A stretch of 64,000 nucleotides of DNA from the NCBI GenBank assembly GCA_965198175.1, contig OZ240245.1:128001-192000 (forward strand). The letters run 5' to 3'. Under the pieces are notes generated by a model. The model saw only the letters and a program-made list of their open reading frames with translations, was not told the origin of the DNA and made no database searches. Positions 1 through 10,475 of this stretch are shown one piece after another. The stretch's first letter is position 1; the number at the start of each line of letters is the position of its first letter. Made by a program: the position numbers and the translations under genes. This stretch comes from Candidatus Poribacteria bacterium. Its GTDB lineage: Bacteria; Poribacteria; WGA-4E; PCPOR2b.

Positions 1-2
1 TG

Positions 3-659
3 TCCGCTCGACTGCCGGGTGAGAACCTTAACGGTTTTAGTTTCGACATGGCTTTCGAACCGTCTATCCTACAAGCAATCAGCATCGAAGAAGGGACGTT
101 TTTGAAACACGATGGCGCGACAACAATTTGGAACGCCCCTGTGATAAACAATGAAGATGGACTCATCAAAGGCATCACATGCCGCCGAACTGGAGAAGAT
201 GGTGTCACAAAAGGCGCAGGACCTCTTGTCGTTGTGACTTTCAAGCCCATAAGGACTGGCGGAAGCACGGTCAGCTTACAGAACCTCCGCCTGTTTGCGC
301 CAGACAATACGGAGATTGCTGTAGAAGCACAAGCGGGTTGGGTAGATGTCTTTCCACATGGAAGCATTTCTGGTGTGGTCCGAGACGCTGAGAATCAAAC
401 ACCAATCGCCGATGCGAAAATTGAAGTTCGAAGAGATGGCTTTTCTTTCGGACTTACGGCGTCTTCAGATGGAACAGGCAAGTATATTCTGGACGGTGTC
501 CCCGTCGGAGATTTCGAGGTAATTGCTTCCAAGTATCCCTATTCTCAAACTGCCACCAAAACTCAGGTCAGGTCAGGTGAAACGATATCCAACATCGATT
601 TTGAGATGAAACCCATACTCTCCCGCAATTCGCAAGATTCGCAAGATTCGCAGAAATAG
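3..659 (+). CDS. Cohesin-like plus carboxypeptidase-regulatory-like (beta-sandwich) domain protein, 5'-partial
   Basis: Frame is open from the window edge. 'GFSFDMAFEPSILQAISIEEGTFL...GAGPLVVVTFK' is cohesin-like. 'GSISGVVRDAENQTPIADAKIEV...SDGTGKYILDGVPVGDFEVIASK' is CarboxypepD_reg-like. Confidence 0.7.
   Translation, partial: SARLPGENLNGFSFDMAFEPSILQAISIEEGTFLKHDGATTIWNAPVINNEDGLIKGITCRRTGEDGVTKGAGPLVVVTFKPIRTGGSTVSLQNLRLFAPDNTEIAVEAQAGWVDVFPHGSISGVVRDAENQTPIADAKIEVRRDGFSFGLTASSDGTGKYILDGVPVGDFEVIASKYPYSQTATKTQVRSGETISNIDFEMKPILSRNSQDSQDSQK
630..654 (+). repeat. 9-bp tandem repeat (TCGCAAGAT, about 2.7 copies) encoding SQDSQDSQ at the C-terminus
   Basis: tcgcaagattcgcaagattcgcag is read directly. 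Confidence 0.8.
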
Positions 660-868
660 CGGCACGAGAGTTATCACTTGTGGCTAAATTCCAGTGCCAC
701 AACAATCGAATCCATGCAAATTCGGTGTGTTTACCTTCTGCCACGAACAGAATCAGTCCGAAGAATTGGAGTTTATAGATTCACCGACGACTCAAGAGTC
801 AATGGAGAAAGGATGATACGATGTAAGCAGGTTTGATAGTTACCTAACAAACGTCGTAAGGAGAAACT

Positions 869-1546
869 ATGAAATATCTGATTGTTTTCATTTCCATTGG
901 GCTATTGCTGTTAAGTTCAATCGCCCCAACACAGGCAAGAGGCGAATCTGAGTCAATGAAAGCACGCTGGAATGAGCGTTATGACCGCGAAATGTTTGTC
1001 TACGGCAAAGAACCTGCTGCTTTCCTCAAGCAGAAGATTGGCAGGCTAAATAGGGGGAAAGCGCTCGTCTTGGCTATGGGGGAGGGACGAAATGCCGTCT
1101 ATCTTGCCCAAAACAGCTTTGATGTAACGGGCGTAGACATTTCCGAAGTTGCTATCGAAAAATGCAACAAGCTAGCGCAGGAAAGAAACGCAGCGATGAA
1201 CGCTGTCGTTGCCGATTTAACAGATTATGACATGGGCGAAGCGCAATTTGACCTAATCACAAATTTCTACTACTACGACCCGTCTATCTTCCCGCAGGTC
1301 ATTCAGGCGCTCAAGCCGGGAGGCATGTTTATCCTTGAACAGTTCTCAGTTGACCACCTCAAATATAGGGAAACTAGCCGATTTGGTCCGAGAAACCCGG
1401 ACTATCTCATAAAACCCAACGAGCTCTTGGAACACTTCAAGTCGTTACGGGTTCTCTACTATGAAGACACCGTCGTAAATCTTGATGAGGGGATGCACAA
1501 GGGAACAGCGGCGGTAATTCGTCTCATTGCACAAAAAGTGAAGTAG
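869..1546 (+). CDS. Class I SAM-dependent methyltransferase (TehB-like) with N-terminal signal peptide
   Basis: Motif I 'ALVLAMGEGRNAVYLA', then 'VTGVDISEVAI' and 'ALKPGG'. AAGGAG RBS. Hydrophobic N-terminus ending in TQA. Confidence 0.85.
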   Translation: MKYLIVFISIGLLLLSSIAPTQARGESESMKARWNERYDREMFVYGKEPAAFLKQKIGRLNRGKALVLAMGEGRNAVYLAQNSFDVTGVDISEVAIEKCNKLAQERNAAMNAVVADLTDYDMGEAQFDLITNFYYYDPSIFPQVIQALKPGGMFILEQFSVDHLKYRETSRFGPRNPDYLIKPNELLEHFKSLRVLYYEDTVVNLDEGMHKGTAAVIRLIAQKVK

Positions 1547-1627
1547 CTGTTTAACAAATACACATTCCGATATGAACGACATCGAGTCTCAAGGTCGGTG
1601 TCTTAAGATTAGAAAGGAGACTAACAG

Positions 1628-3085
1628 ATGCCTGAAGAATTGATTCTAGAAAAGATTCGCAACGTGCGCCGCCGACTGAACGTACAAAGGACGTTCAAGA
1701 TGCTGGCAAGACTTCTTTTTTACGGCATGATGCTATGTGTGCCGTTGTTTGTCGTCGATAGCTTTATCGTGACGTTTGATATTTCCCCCATCGTCCTACT
1801 TTGCACCACACTAGGTATCTCAGCCATCGGGCTAACTGCGAGCCTATTTCGTCCGATTGATCTTCATATCGCCGCCCAGACTATTGATGTCAGAGCCTCC
1901 TTGAAAGATCGCGCTGTGAGTGGCCTGGAGTTTATTCAACGGCAAACCGATGAGGTGCTGACTGCGTTACAACTCAAAGATACCTCTGACCGTTTGCAAA
2001 CACTTCCCGCAAAGGAGGTTGTTCGCTATTCGATTCCGCGCGAAACCAAGTTCGCCGCGTTGGCCATAGCCATGGGGTTGGCGTTCTCCTACATCGAATT
2101 TTTCACGCCCGTCGAAGCCCCAGCGACACTCGACTTCTCGCCGCAGATAGCCGCAGAAGCAGATCGTCTACTCGAACAAATTGAGAACGCTGAAGAGGAG
2201 GCGGAGCAGACTGGTCTGGAAGACGTGGTAAAAGAGATTAAGGAAAGGGTGCTTGAACTAAAGCAAGAAAACATCACGCCGAAAGAAGCGCTCGCCAAGT
2301 TGAGCGAAATCGACGCGGCGCTACAATCCCAGATGAATCTCGGCGAGGTTGCCAAGGCGGATGCTTTGTCGAAGTCGCTCGGCGAACAGCTTGCCGATGA
2401 CCCCAATTTGAGCGACTTCGGTCATGCGTTAAAGTCAGGTCAGTATGAAAAATCGGCCGAGAGATTATTCAAGTTATCCCAAAAACTCAAATCGTTCAAC
2501 TCAGAGCAACGCCAAAATGTCTCCGACGCGCTTGAGCGTGCAGGGTCAAATCTGCAAGGGACACAGCTCGATTCATTGGGAACAAACATGACTCAAGCTG
2601 GGCGCGCGGTAAGAAAGAAAGATTTGGATAACGCTAAGCAGAATTTACTAGCTGCCGCTCAGAAGCTATCGGATTGTGCAGGGACGAAGAGGTGTAACTC
2701 GCTGTTAGCGAAGCTTAAAGCGCAGTGTCAGGCTTGTAAGGCAGGAATAGCCAGCGCATGCAGCGGGAATCGCCCCGGCAATGGAATAGGCACCGCGACA
2801 GATTCTAATCCATTCGGCGTGTTGACAGATCTCGAAGCCGCTCGTCAGTTGGAGCGAATCACCGGCGTACAAGGTATCGGAGATTCAACAATTGAAGAGA
2901 TTACTCAAACACTTGTCGCTGAAGACCCGGAGTCTGCCGGGATGCAAACTGTGGAAAGTTATGAGGAGGCTTATACAAAGTACCAAAAGTTCTCTGAGGA
3001 CGCACTCGCTCAAGAACAGATTCCGTTGGGTTACAAGTTCTACGTTAAGCGATATTTCGAGTCCATCAAACCAAATGAGGAGTAG
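1628..3085 (+). CDS. Membrane-anchored coiled-coil protein of the type found with VWA/MoxR loci (DUF4175-like)
   Basis: Three N-terminal TM segments, a long helical region, a Cys/Gly-rich linker and C-terminal 'EQIPLGYKFYVKRYFESIKP'. AGGAG RBS. Confidence 0.7.
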   Translation: MPEELILEKIRNVRRRLNVQRTFKMLARLLFYGMMLCVPLFVVDSFIVTFDISPIVLLCTTLGISAIGLTASLFRPIDLHIAAQTIDVRASLKDRAVSGLEFIQRQTDEVLTALQLKDTSDRLQTLPAKEVVRYSIPRETKFAALAIAMGLAFSYIEFFTPVEAPATLDFSPQIAAEADRLLEQIENAEEEAEQTGLEDVVKEIKERVLELKQENITPKEALAKLSEIDAALQSQMNLGEVAKADALSKSLGEQLADDPNLSDFGHALKSGQYEKSAERLFKLSQKLKSFNSEQRQNVSDALERAGSNLQGTQLDSLGTNMTQAGRAVRKKDLDNAKQNLLAAAQKLSDCAGTKRCNSLLAKLKAQCQACKAGIASACSGNRPGNGIGTATDSNPFGVLTDLEAARQLERITGVQGIGDSTIEEITQTLVAEDPESAGMQTVESYEEAYTKYQKFSEDALAQEQIPLGYKFYVKRYFESIKPNEE

Positions 3086-3211
3086 GTGCCGTGAAACGCA
3101 GTACGTGAAATGTAACAAGAGTACATTGCACTTCACACTTGGCAAATCAAATGTCACCGGATTAACCCTGATTTCATGGGTCTTAAAACCAATTTGATGG
3201 AGCGAAAGATC

Positions 3212-3557
3212 ATGAAAACGAGGCGGTTGCTAACGATCATAGCTGCTCTAAGTACATCATTGTCTGTTTTCTTGATTGCATCCAATTCCACAATTTTGGG
3301 GGATGAGAAAGCCTCTGAATCGACAGCAAGAGACCTCCTCACAGATCGAGGACCTGCAAGAAGAAATTGAAGCTCTTAAAGTACGTGTCAGTAGACCTGA
3401 AAGTAGACAAGGGATATCTCCCACTGTGCCACAAATTGTACACCCTTCGCATCCACTTCCGAACGCGTACGAACTTCTCAAAGGTTCAGTGAGGAGAGAA
3501 GTTTACGGCATTCCCTATAACATTATCCCGTTGCAGGACCAAAATGTTGATAAATGA
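3212..3557 (+). pseudogene. Small secreted coiled-coil protein, apparently frameshifted near 3320
   Basis: GGAG RBS and ATG at 3212 give signal peptide MKTRRLLTIIAALSTSLSVFLIA. The protein-like continuation (QIEDLQEEIEALKVRVSR...RREVYGIPYNIIPL) is in the next frame. Confidence 0.55.
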
Positions 3558-3791
3558 GTGTTGCTTAGCAATCGGAGCATGAGAATCTGAGCCTGGGCGG
3601 TTAACCTGACCGATGTGGTGAAATCACAGAGCAGATTGCTGAAAGGTTAGCAGGTCTAATGGGCGAAGCTAATCTTGCGTTAGAGCATTCTACGCTATTG
3701 CATTATCCCCCGCAGATGTACCTCATTGTTTTCGAAGTTATGTTAAGTGCTGTCGAAAGGTTTCTATTTCAACGGGAGCCGACTGACTACC

Positions 3792-6395
3792 ATGGAAATT
3801 GCACGCCCCTTCTTACTCCTCTTACTGCTTCTGCTGCCTCTGCTTTACTATGGTCACCGCCGGAGCCTCGTCGATCTGGGGCGTTGGCAGCGTCAGATTA
3901 GCCTTGCCCTGCGATCTGTGATTATCATCCTGCTCATCCTTAGCCTCGCTGGACTCCAATACTTGAAGATCGATGATAGATTGGCGGTCGTTTTCCTCGC
4001 AGATATATCGGACAGTATTTCGGAGGATGGACTGGAAGAAGCGCAGGGATTTATTGACGAAGCGATGGAACACCGTGGGAACGACAGGGCAAGTGTTGTG
4101 GCGTTTACTGATGTCGCGCAGGTGCTTCGAGACTTCGCACACGACAATCCTACAACTCACACGAGTGAACCGAAAACGCTTGAAACATTTGACCTCGTTG
4201 AAACGCGGGCGGAGTGGCTCGAAGCAGATGAGAGAGCTGGGGATGCCACCGATATCGCACAATCCATTGAGATGGCGTGGGGAATTTTCCCTGCCGACAC
4301 AAACAGACGCATCGTGCTAATTAGCGACGGGACAGAAACACACGGTAATGGAATTCGGGCTGGGTTACGAGGAAAAAACTTTGGCGTACAGCTTGATGCC
4401 GTACCGATATACCCGAGCGATGTGCCAGAAGTGGTGATGAAGCGACTAGATGCACCGGTGCAGGTCAAGCAGGGCGAACCGTTCCATTTGGAAGTGCACA
4501 TTCACAGCAACCACGAGGATTTCGCTGAGATTCGCTTGCACAGAAATAAGTTCGAGGTTGCCAAGAGGGAGGTTCGGCTGAAGGTGGGCGAGAATCGAGT
4601 CAGTTTCGATCAAACCGCGACTGAGAGTGGTATGCTAACCTTCGATGCGAGCTGTCGCTCGATGCAGGACACACGCTACGATAACAACTACGCGCTCGGT
4701 ATCGTTGTTGTTTCTGGCACACCGAAGGTGCTGCTAATTGATGAGAACGAATCACAGACACGGTATCTAGTGCGTGTCCTTGAGGATGCAGACATCCAAG
4801 TCAACGTTCGCAACGGTTTGGGGGTTCCCAACGAGCTGTCTGACCTGCAGAATTATGACCTGTTGCTCTTCAGTGACGTGCCCGCCAACCGATTGAATCA
4901 GAGACAGATGGAGCTCATCCACACCTATGTCCAAGACCTCGGCGGAGGGTTCATGATGTTAGGAAGTGAAAACAGCTTCGGGCTTGGCGGTTACTACAAA
5001 ACCCCGGTTGAGGAGATACTACCTGTCCGCACCGACACAGAAAAGAAGAAGGAGACCCCGAGCATTGCAATGGTGCTAGTAATTGACAAGTCGGGAAGTA
5101 TGTCGGGGATAAAGGTTGAACTGGCGAAAGAAGCCGCGCGTGCAACGGTCGAACTGCTTGGACGGCGCGACAAACTTGGGGTTATCGCTTTTGACGGGTC
5201 TCCACACTGGATCTCCGAGATGCACACCGCAGCGGATAAACTCTATCTCTCCGACCAGATTGGATCAATCCGCGCAAATGGGGGCACGAACCTCTATCCC
5301 GCACTTCAACAGGCGTATCTCGCGCTGACCGAGACCAAGGCCAAACTTAAACACGTCATCGTCCTCAGCGACGGACATTCGCAACCGGGCGATTGGTACG
5401 GCATTGTGAATTCGATGCGCGGCGAGCGGATAACGGTTTCGACTGTGGGCATCGGCAGTGGTGCCGATATGAACCTGATGTCGAACATCGCAGATTGGGG
5501 TAGCGGACGAGCTTACTTCACACAAGACGCCTACAACATCCCCCAGATATTCGCCAAAGAGACCGTCACCGCTTCCAAGTCCGCGATTATCGACGAGCCG
5601 TTTGTCCCGCAGGTTGTCAAATTCACACAAGTCTTGCAAGGCATTGACTTGGATTTGGCGCCGTTCCTGCTCGGTTACGTTTCCACACAACCGCGACCAA
5701 CTGCCGAAGTTTTTCTGGTTTCGGACCGGGGCGATCCGGTTCTGGCGAGCTGGCAATACGGCTTGGGCAGATCTGTTGCGTTTACCTCCGATGCGAAGGC
5801 GCGATGGGCAACGGATTGGCTGGAGTGGCCGGGCTACGGAAAATTCTGGACTCAACTGGCGCGCGATACCATGCGTAAATCCGCGACGGGCAACTTCCAG
5901 GCACACATTGAACAGGAGAAGGGAGCCGCTTACCTGACTGTTGACGCGCTGAACGCGGAGGGTGATTTTCTCAACGAACTTGAGAACGACATCTCCCTTA
6001 TTCCACCCAACCTGAAGAAGAAACCACTCGACATGACTCAATCGGCACCGGGGCAATATGAACTCTCCTTTCCGGTCGATGAGATCGGCGCATATTTTGT
6101 CAATATCATGCAGAAGCAGTATGGTGAACCCGTCAACACCCAAGTCACCGGCACGGTCGTCTCCTATCCTGAAGAGTATCTAGTGCATACTGCGAATGAA
6201 TCGCTCTTAAAGCAACTTGCCGCGACCTCGGGCGGAAAGTTCGCACCTTTACCTGAAGATGTGTTCCGCACACCTGAACATCCGGTTTCCATACGGATTC
6301 ACCTCTGGCGCCTCCTGCTCGCTATCGCTGCATTTCTGCTGCTTCTTGACATCGCTCTGCGCCGGATTGATTGTAGGCGATCGCCTCAGAATTAA
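3792..6395 (+). CDS. VWA-domain membrane protein (two VWA domains plus a glutamine-amidotransferase-like/DUF1355 domain)
   Basis: BatA-like N-terminus 'MEIARPFLLLLLLLLP'. MIDAS motifs 'DISDS' and 'DKSGSM', plus 'VLISDG' and 'VLSDG'. 'GLGRSVAFTSD...W..W.GY.KFW'. C-terminal TM. Start may be 3747. Confidence 0.88.
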   Translation: MEIARPFLLLLLLLLPLLYYGHRRSLVDLGRWQRQISLALRSVIIILLILSLAGLQYLKIDDRLAVVFLADISDSISEDGLEEAQGFIDEAMEHRGNDRASVVAFTDVAQVLRDFAHDNPTTHTSEPKTLETFDLVETRAEWLEADERAGDATDIAQSIEMAWGIFPADTNRRIVLISDGTETHGNGIRAGLRGKNFGVQLDAVPIYPSDVPEVVMKRLDAPVQVKQGEPFHLEVHIHSNHEDFAEIRLHRNKFEVAKREVRLKVGENRVSFDQTATESGMLTFDASCRSMQDTRYDNNYALGIVVVSGTPKVLLIDENESQTRYLVRVLEDADIQVNVRNGLGVPNELSDLQNYDLLLFSDVPANRLNQRQMELIHTYVQDLGGGFMMLGSENSFGLGGYYKTPVEEILPVRTDTEKKKETPSIAMVLVIDKSGSMSGIKVELAKEAARATVELLGRRDKLGVIAFDGSPHWISEMHTAADKLYLSDQIGSIRANGGTNLYPALQQAYLALTETKAKLKHVIVLSDGHSQPGDWYGIVNSMRGERITVSTVGIGSGADMNLMSNIADWGSGRAYFTQDAYNIPQIFAKETVTASKSAIIDEPFVPQVVKFTQVLQGIDLDLAPFLLGYVSTQPRPTAEVFLVSDRGDPVLASWQYGLGRSVAFTSDAKARWATDWLEWPGYGKFWTQLARDTMRKSATGNFQAHIEQEKGAAYLTVDALNAEGDFLNELENDISLIPPNLKKKPLDMTQSAPGQYELSFPVDEIGAYFVNIMQKQYGEPVNTQVTGTVVSYPEEYLVHTANESLLKQLAATSGGKFAPLPEDVFRTPEHPVSIRIHLWRLLLAIAAFLLLLDIALRRIDCRRSPQN

Positions 6396-6478
6396 CCAAT
6401 CGAACATTGACACTAAACTAGAATTAGTGAAATGTTCGTGAATCTGCATAAATTATGAAGTCGGTCGTGAATACCGAT

Positions 6479-7807
6479 TTACATAAGCCAAACTTTTTTA
6501 TAATCAGTCATTTCCTTAGCAATCGGTAATACCTCGCTGGTCTTCAGAATGCCTCGATCCGTGACGATGCCACGGATTAACTCCGCCGGGGTAACGTCAA
6601 AGTAGATGTTTCTAACGCTTACTTTTGGAACCCCCTCCGAAATCACCTCGGAACCGTCCTTCTCTTCCAACTCGATTGGTGATTCGTTATCGTAGGCTAG
6701 GGACTGAAATTTGTCTGTTTGGCAGAGTGCATATACCGGCACGTTTTGCCTCTCGGCTGCGAGCGCAATCAGAAATGTGCCTACCTTGTTGACCACCGCG
6801 CCATCCGAAAGAACGGTATCCGCACCGATGAGCACGACATCCGCTTGTCCCGCAAAATACCCCGATTGCGCATCAGTGATGAGCGCAACATCGCACTTCT
6901 CCGATAGGCGATTTGCTGTCTTTCTGCCTTCATATAATGGCCTGGATTCAGTTACGATGATGTGCATGTTTTTTCTGCTTGAACCCAAAATCGCATTTAC
7001 AACCGTTCCACTATAGCTATGTGTCAGGATGGTCATGTTATCTGTCAGCAAACACTGAATTTCGTGAGCGATAATTTGCGAGGCGTTTCTGTAATTCGTT
7101 TGATATACATCAACAATTTCAGAGATGTGTGCTTTCAGATTAGAGACTTGCTTCGTTTGATCTAGCCCCTGCCTCGCGCGATAGAGCACAAAAGCAATCG
7201 CGTTTGTTAAGGGAGCCATACTTGGCCTCGATTTGCGCAGATGCCATCCAATGTTTGTCAAATGAGCGAGGAGGGCATCTGGGGATTTAGCGGGTACTTC
7301 AGTCATTGCGCCTTTCAAGACGTCCAGCGCTATTAGCGCAAGCTCTGACGCTCCATGTGTCCGATCGGCTTCGATGTCAGCAACCCGACTCGCAACCGCT
7401 TCTCTCAGATAGATTCTATCCAGCGTTTGCGCAAGATTTGGGACAGTTTGATACGTCGAAATCTCGTCCGGTTCAATCCACTGTTTCTCGGTATGCTCCC
7501 AATCGGTGTAGATTTTATCTGGGTTTGGCACATTGTAGAGAAAGGGGTATACCGTCCAAAGCCGATTTCCATCCTTGATTCTCAGCGGTTTGCCTTTTCT
7601 GACGAATTGGATGTCTTCCGGGCAAAGTCCGGTCTCCTCCTCTATCTCTTTTAGGACTCGCTCATCAGGGGATTCATCGGCTTGTTCTATTGAACCACTG
7701 ATGCCTGCCCAGCGACCTGGGTATGTCCTGACTTTGCTACTTCGTTTCAGTAGCAGGATTTTTCCATCATGCGCCAAGAATGCAGTAACAACCCTTCCTT
7801 TTTTCAT
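6479..7807 (-). CDS. NUDIX hydrolase fused to an eIF2B-alpha/beta/delta (R15P isomerase/MtnA) family domain
   Basis: Nudix box 'GSIEQADESPDERVLKEIEEETGL'. eIF2B-family motifs 'HGASELA', 'SRPSMAPL', 'TESRPLYEG', 'GADTV...NKVGT', 'YFDVTP'. Confidence 0.88.
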   Translation of the reverse strand: MKKGRVVTAFLAHDGKILLLKRSSKVRTYPGRWAGISGSIEQADESPDERVLKEIEEETGLCPEDIQFVRKGKPLRIKDGNRLWTVYPFLYNVPNPDKIYTDWEHTEKQWIEPDEISTYQTVPNLAQTLDRIYLREAVASRVADIEADRTHGASELALIALDVLKGAMTEVPAKSPDALLAHLTNIGWHLRKSRPSMAPLTNAIAFVLYRARQGLDQTKQVSNLKAHISEIVDVYQTNYRNASQIIAHEIQCLLTDNMTILTHSYSGTVVNAILGSSRKNMHIIVTESRPLYEGRKTANRLSEKCDVALITDAQSGYFAGQADVVLIGADTVLSDGAVVNKVGTFLIALAAERQNVPVYALCQTDKFQSLAYDNESPIELEEKDGSEVISEGVPKVSVRNIYFDVTPAELIRGIVTDRGILKTSEVLPIAKEMTDYKKVWLM

Positions 7808-7845
7808 TTAAAGGTCTGCGATCGCCGTCAACTCACATTTTAACA

Positions 7846-9486
7846 TTAAACTGCCTTCAACCATAACGTAAAAGTCGCACCGACCGAATCGAATCTAGTT
7901 TCCTCAACGCGGATGTCGCCGCCAAGATCTGTGAGTATTTTCTTTACAATTGCCAGACCAAGCCCCATCCCCTCTTTCTTGGTGGACACGTGTGGCATGA
8001 ACAACTTCGGTCTCATTTCAAGAGGTATTCCCCGTCCTGTATCGGAAAACTGCACGAACACTTTTGATGCGTCGGCTGACGTAAAGGCACAAATCGTTAG
8101 CGTTCGCGTGTTGATTCCCGACATGGCTTCCAGCGCGTTTTTAACCAAATTGAAAAAGGCACGTTTCAGATACTCTGCGTCTGCGATAACGAGAGGCAGC
8201 TCAGGTGAAGCATCAATTTGGCAATCAACATTCGAAGGTAGTTCGTCGAAAAGATCCAATGTTCCATCAATTGTCTCGTGCAAGTTGACGGAAGTAATCT
8301 GGGGGACTGGCATCCGGGCAAGCAGGGAAAACTCATCGAGCAGATGTCTTAGTCCCTCAACTTCAGTGATGATGGTTTGCGTACAACGATCTAGTAGTGC
8401 TCCAAAATCTTCGTCGTCATTTTGGTAGCGACGCTGAAGCCGTTGGGCAGACAACTGAATTGGGGTCAGCGGATTTTTGATTTCGTGCGCCAGCTTTTGC
8501 GCAATGTCCTGCCACGCTGCAATTTGTTCGGCGCGTCTGAGTTCTTCTGTGCGCCTTTTGAGGTCACCCCCCATCTGATTGAACGCTTGTGCTAAAACGG
8601 CAAACTCATCATCAGTTTGTACCTCAACCTTGTAGTCAAGATTTCCATCGGCGATCTGTTTTGTGCCGGCAACGAGTGATTGGATTGGTGAGTTAATTCC
8701 TCTGGTTAGGATTTGACTCACCCAAAAGGACAGGGCAATCACCAAAACCGCTGTGATTGCCAGCGCAATGAACGTTGTTCGCTTCTCTGTTCGGCGGTAT
8801 GCCGTTCCTTCCTCATCAATATTGATCTCCAGCGTCCCGAGTTTACTTTTGATGTTCCCAAGACTGCTTTTGATGGATGCCATCTGCAATCGCATCTGAG
8901 TGCGTGTGAACGGCATTGATTTTCCGACGACAATGGCTCCCAAACGTTGGACACCATCTTCCGAAAAGATTGGCATCCCACATATCAGATACCCTTGATT
9001 TTCCAACTCCCCTGAGATTGTAGGCGCATCAGGCAATTCCTCCAGAGGATTCAAGAAATCGGCGAGATTGACCGGTGGTAGGTCCGGGTCGGCGCTGAAG
9101 CTGAACACTCTATTCCCGGATCGATTATAAACAGCGATGTGGTAACCTACGTTGCCATCAGCAAGTTCAGCCGCCCGCATCTCAACAGTTTCGAGATTGA
9201 ACGAATCTAATGCGGCAACCAAATCAAAATCGACCGCTAAATGCTCAGCAGTATATGTCAAGAGCCCGGTCTCGTGAAGTTCAAGGTTATAGGCGAGTTC
9301 CTTCGCATCACGCAAAATCACAGCCGAATTTTCCAGAGTCAGGGCAATCTGATGGCTTGCCCACCGTTCAATGCTTCGACTAATCAGATGGTACGAAACG
9401 AGAACAAGAATAAGCGTGGGGAGTAGGGTCAACCCCACAAATACCGCCATTAGCTTACGTTGAAACTTCAAATGAGGGCGTATCAT
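7846..9486 (-). CDS. NtrY-like HAMP-domain sensor histidine kinase
   Basis: Two TM segments, HAMP, H-box 'AWQDIAQKLAHEIKNPLTPIQLSAQRL', N-box 'NLVKNA', 'DTGRGI', 'GMGLGL'. Confidence 0.92.
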   Translation of the reverse strand: MIRPHLKFQRKLMAVFVGLTLLPTLILVLVSYHLISRSIERWASHQIALTLENSAVILRDAKELAYNLELHETGLLTYTAEHLAVDFDLVAALDSFNLETVEMRAAELADGNVGYHIAVYNRSGNRVFSFSADPDLPPVNLADFLNPLEELPDAPTISGELENQGYLICGMPIFSEDGVQRLGAIVVGKSMPFTRTQMRLQMASIKSSLGNIKSKLGTLEINIDEEGTAYRRTEKRTTFIALAITAVLVIALSFWVSQILTRGINSPIQSLVAGTKQIADGNLDYKVEVQTDDEFAVLAQAFNQMGGDLKRRTEELRRAEQIAAWQDIAQKLAHEIKNPLTPIQLSAQRLQRRYQNDDEDFGALLDRCTQTIITEVEGLRHLLDEFSLLARMPVPQITSVNLHETIDGTLDLFDELPSNVDCQIDASPELPLVIADAEYLKRAFFNLVKNALEAMSGINTRTLTICAFTSADASKVFVQFSDTGRGIPLEMRPKLFMPHVSTKKEGMGLGLAIVKKILTDLGGDIRVEETRFDSVGATFTLWLKAV

Positions 9487-9715
9487 CGTTCATTATAATG
9501 TAAGAAGGTTCATCGAAAATTTGTGTGGTGGTAACAGAAGCAATCCCAACCTCCGATTGACTTCCTTTCAATAAATCGGGACGCGAAGAAGGGTTGCGTC
9601 CCAACGTGCCCACTCTGAATTGTCCGGCGCCTTTGATATTATACTATATAAAGGTCTTAAATCAATATAAAACATATCTTCCGATGACTTCTATTGATAT
9701 TCCCCCGAATTTTGC

Positions 9716-9744
9716 TTGACACATCCGGGGCTATTTGCTACCAT
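9716..9744 (+). promoter_or_regulatory. Sigma70-type promoter
   Basis: TTGACA-17 nt-TACCAT, with TG at the extended -10 position, upstream of the ATG at 9780. Confidence 0.65.
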
Positions 9745-9779
9745 TTGCGGAAGTCCATCAAAGAGAGGAAAATTGCACA

Positions 9780-10475
9780 ATGAACCCAGCCATTTTTCTA
9801 TGGCTCGTTGTCTTTCAAATCGGCGTCCTGACGTGCGGTGATATTGGATTTGCTGGTACGTGGCGCGACGATTTTGAAGATGGACGAGAACCAGAGTGGG
9901 CTATCTATAATTTGGATCGTCGCGTGGAAAAGTGGTGGGTTGACGAAGGCGAGGCCGTGGGACAAATCTTCGAACCCGGTTTTATGAGCTTGTGGCTGAC
10001 AGGGGAGCTGGATTGGGCCAACTATTCCCTCTCATGCAGAGTGAAGCTTGTGAAGGAAAAAAACCACCCGGCGAGCGTAGGACTTACTTTGTACGACCGG
10101 GGCGAGGTGGATGAGCGTTACCTGTTTTTCATCAATTTCACTCTTGGAACCACAAGAATCATTAAAGCCACACCGCAAATCTGGTTCATTCGGAATTTCC
10201 CCTTTGTTGGAGATATAGAGACGTGGTACGAACTAAAAGCATCTGTCAACGGCGATCTGCTAGAATTTCGGATCGATGATGAAGTTTTTGCCGCGCGAGA
10301 TCTCAATTCCCTTAAATCCGGTCAAGCGGGACTTGTGGTTTCTGGTGCCCAGGCCCGATTTGATCATGTCGAGATTACCGGTGAAAACATTAAGGAGGGC
10401 GGTCCAGGACGCCCTCGGACTGTCGATTTAAATGGAAAACTCGCAGCAACGTGGGGCCGGATTAAATCCGAATAA
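9780..10475 (+). CDS. Secreted DUF1080/concanavalin-like beta-sandwich protein with a GKLAATW C-terminal tail
   Basis: Signal peptide, 'GTWRDDFEDG', 'SGQAGLVVSGAQARFDHVEITG', tail 'VDLNGKLAATWGRIKSE'. Confidence 0.75.
   Translation: MNPAIFLWLVVFQIGVLTCGDIGFAGTWRDDFEDGREPEWAIYNLDRRVEKWWVDEGEAVGQIFEPGFMSLWLTGELDWANYSLSCRVKLVKEKNHPASVGLTLYDRGEVDERYLFFINFTLGTTRIIKATPQIWFIRNFPFVGDIETWYELKASVNGDLLEFRIDDEVFAARDLNSLKSGQAGLVVSGAQARFDHVEITGENIKEGGPGRPRTVDLNGKLAATWGRIKSE

Noticed and set aside
5265..6143. 292-aa minus-strand ORF
   Set aside because: Antisense shadow of the VWA gene with no recognisable motifs.
6479..7807. True translation initiation factor eIF2B
   Set aside because: Bacteria lack eIF2; the family also includes metabolic isomerases and ligand-binding domains.
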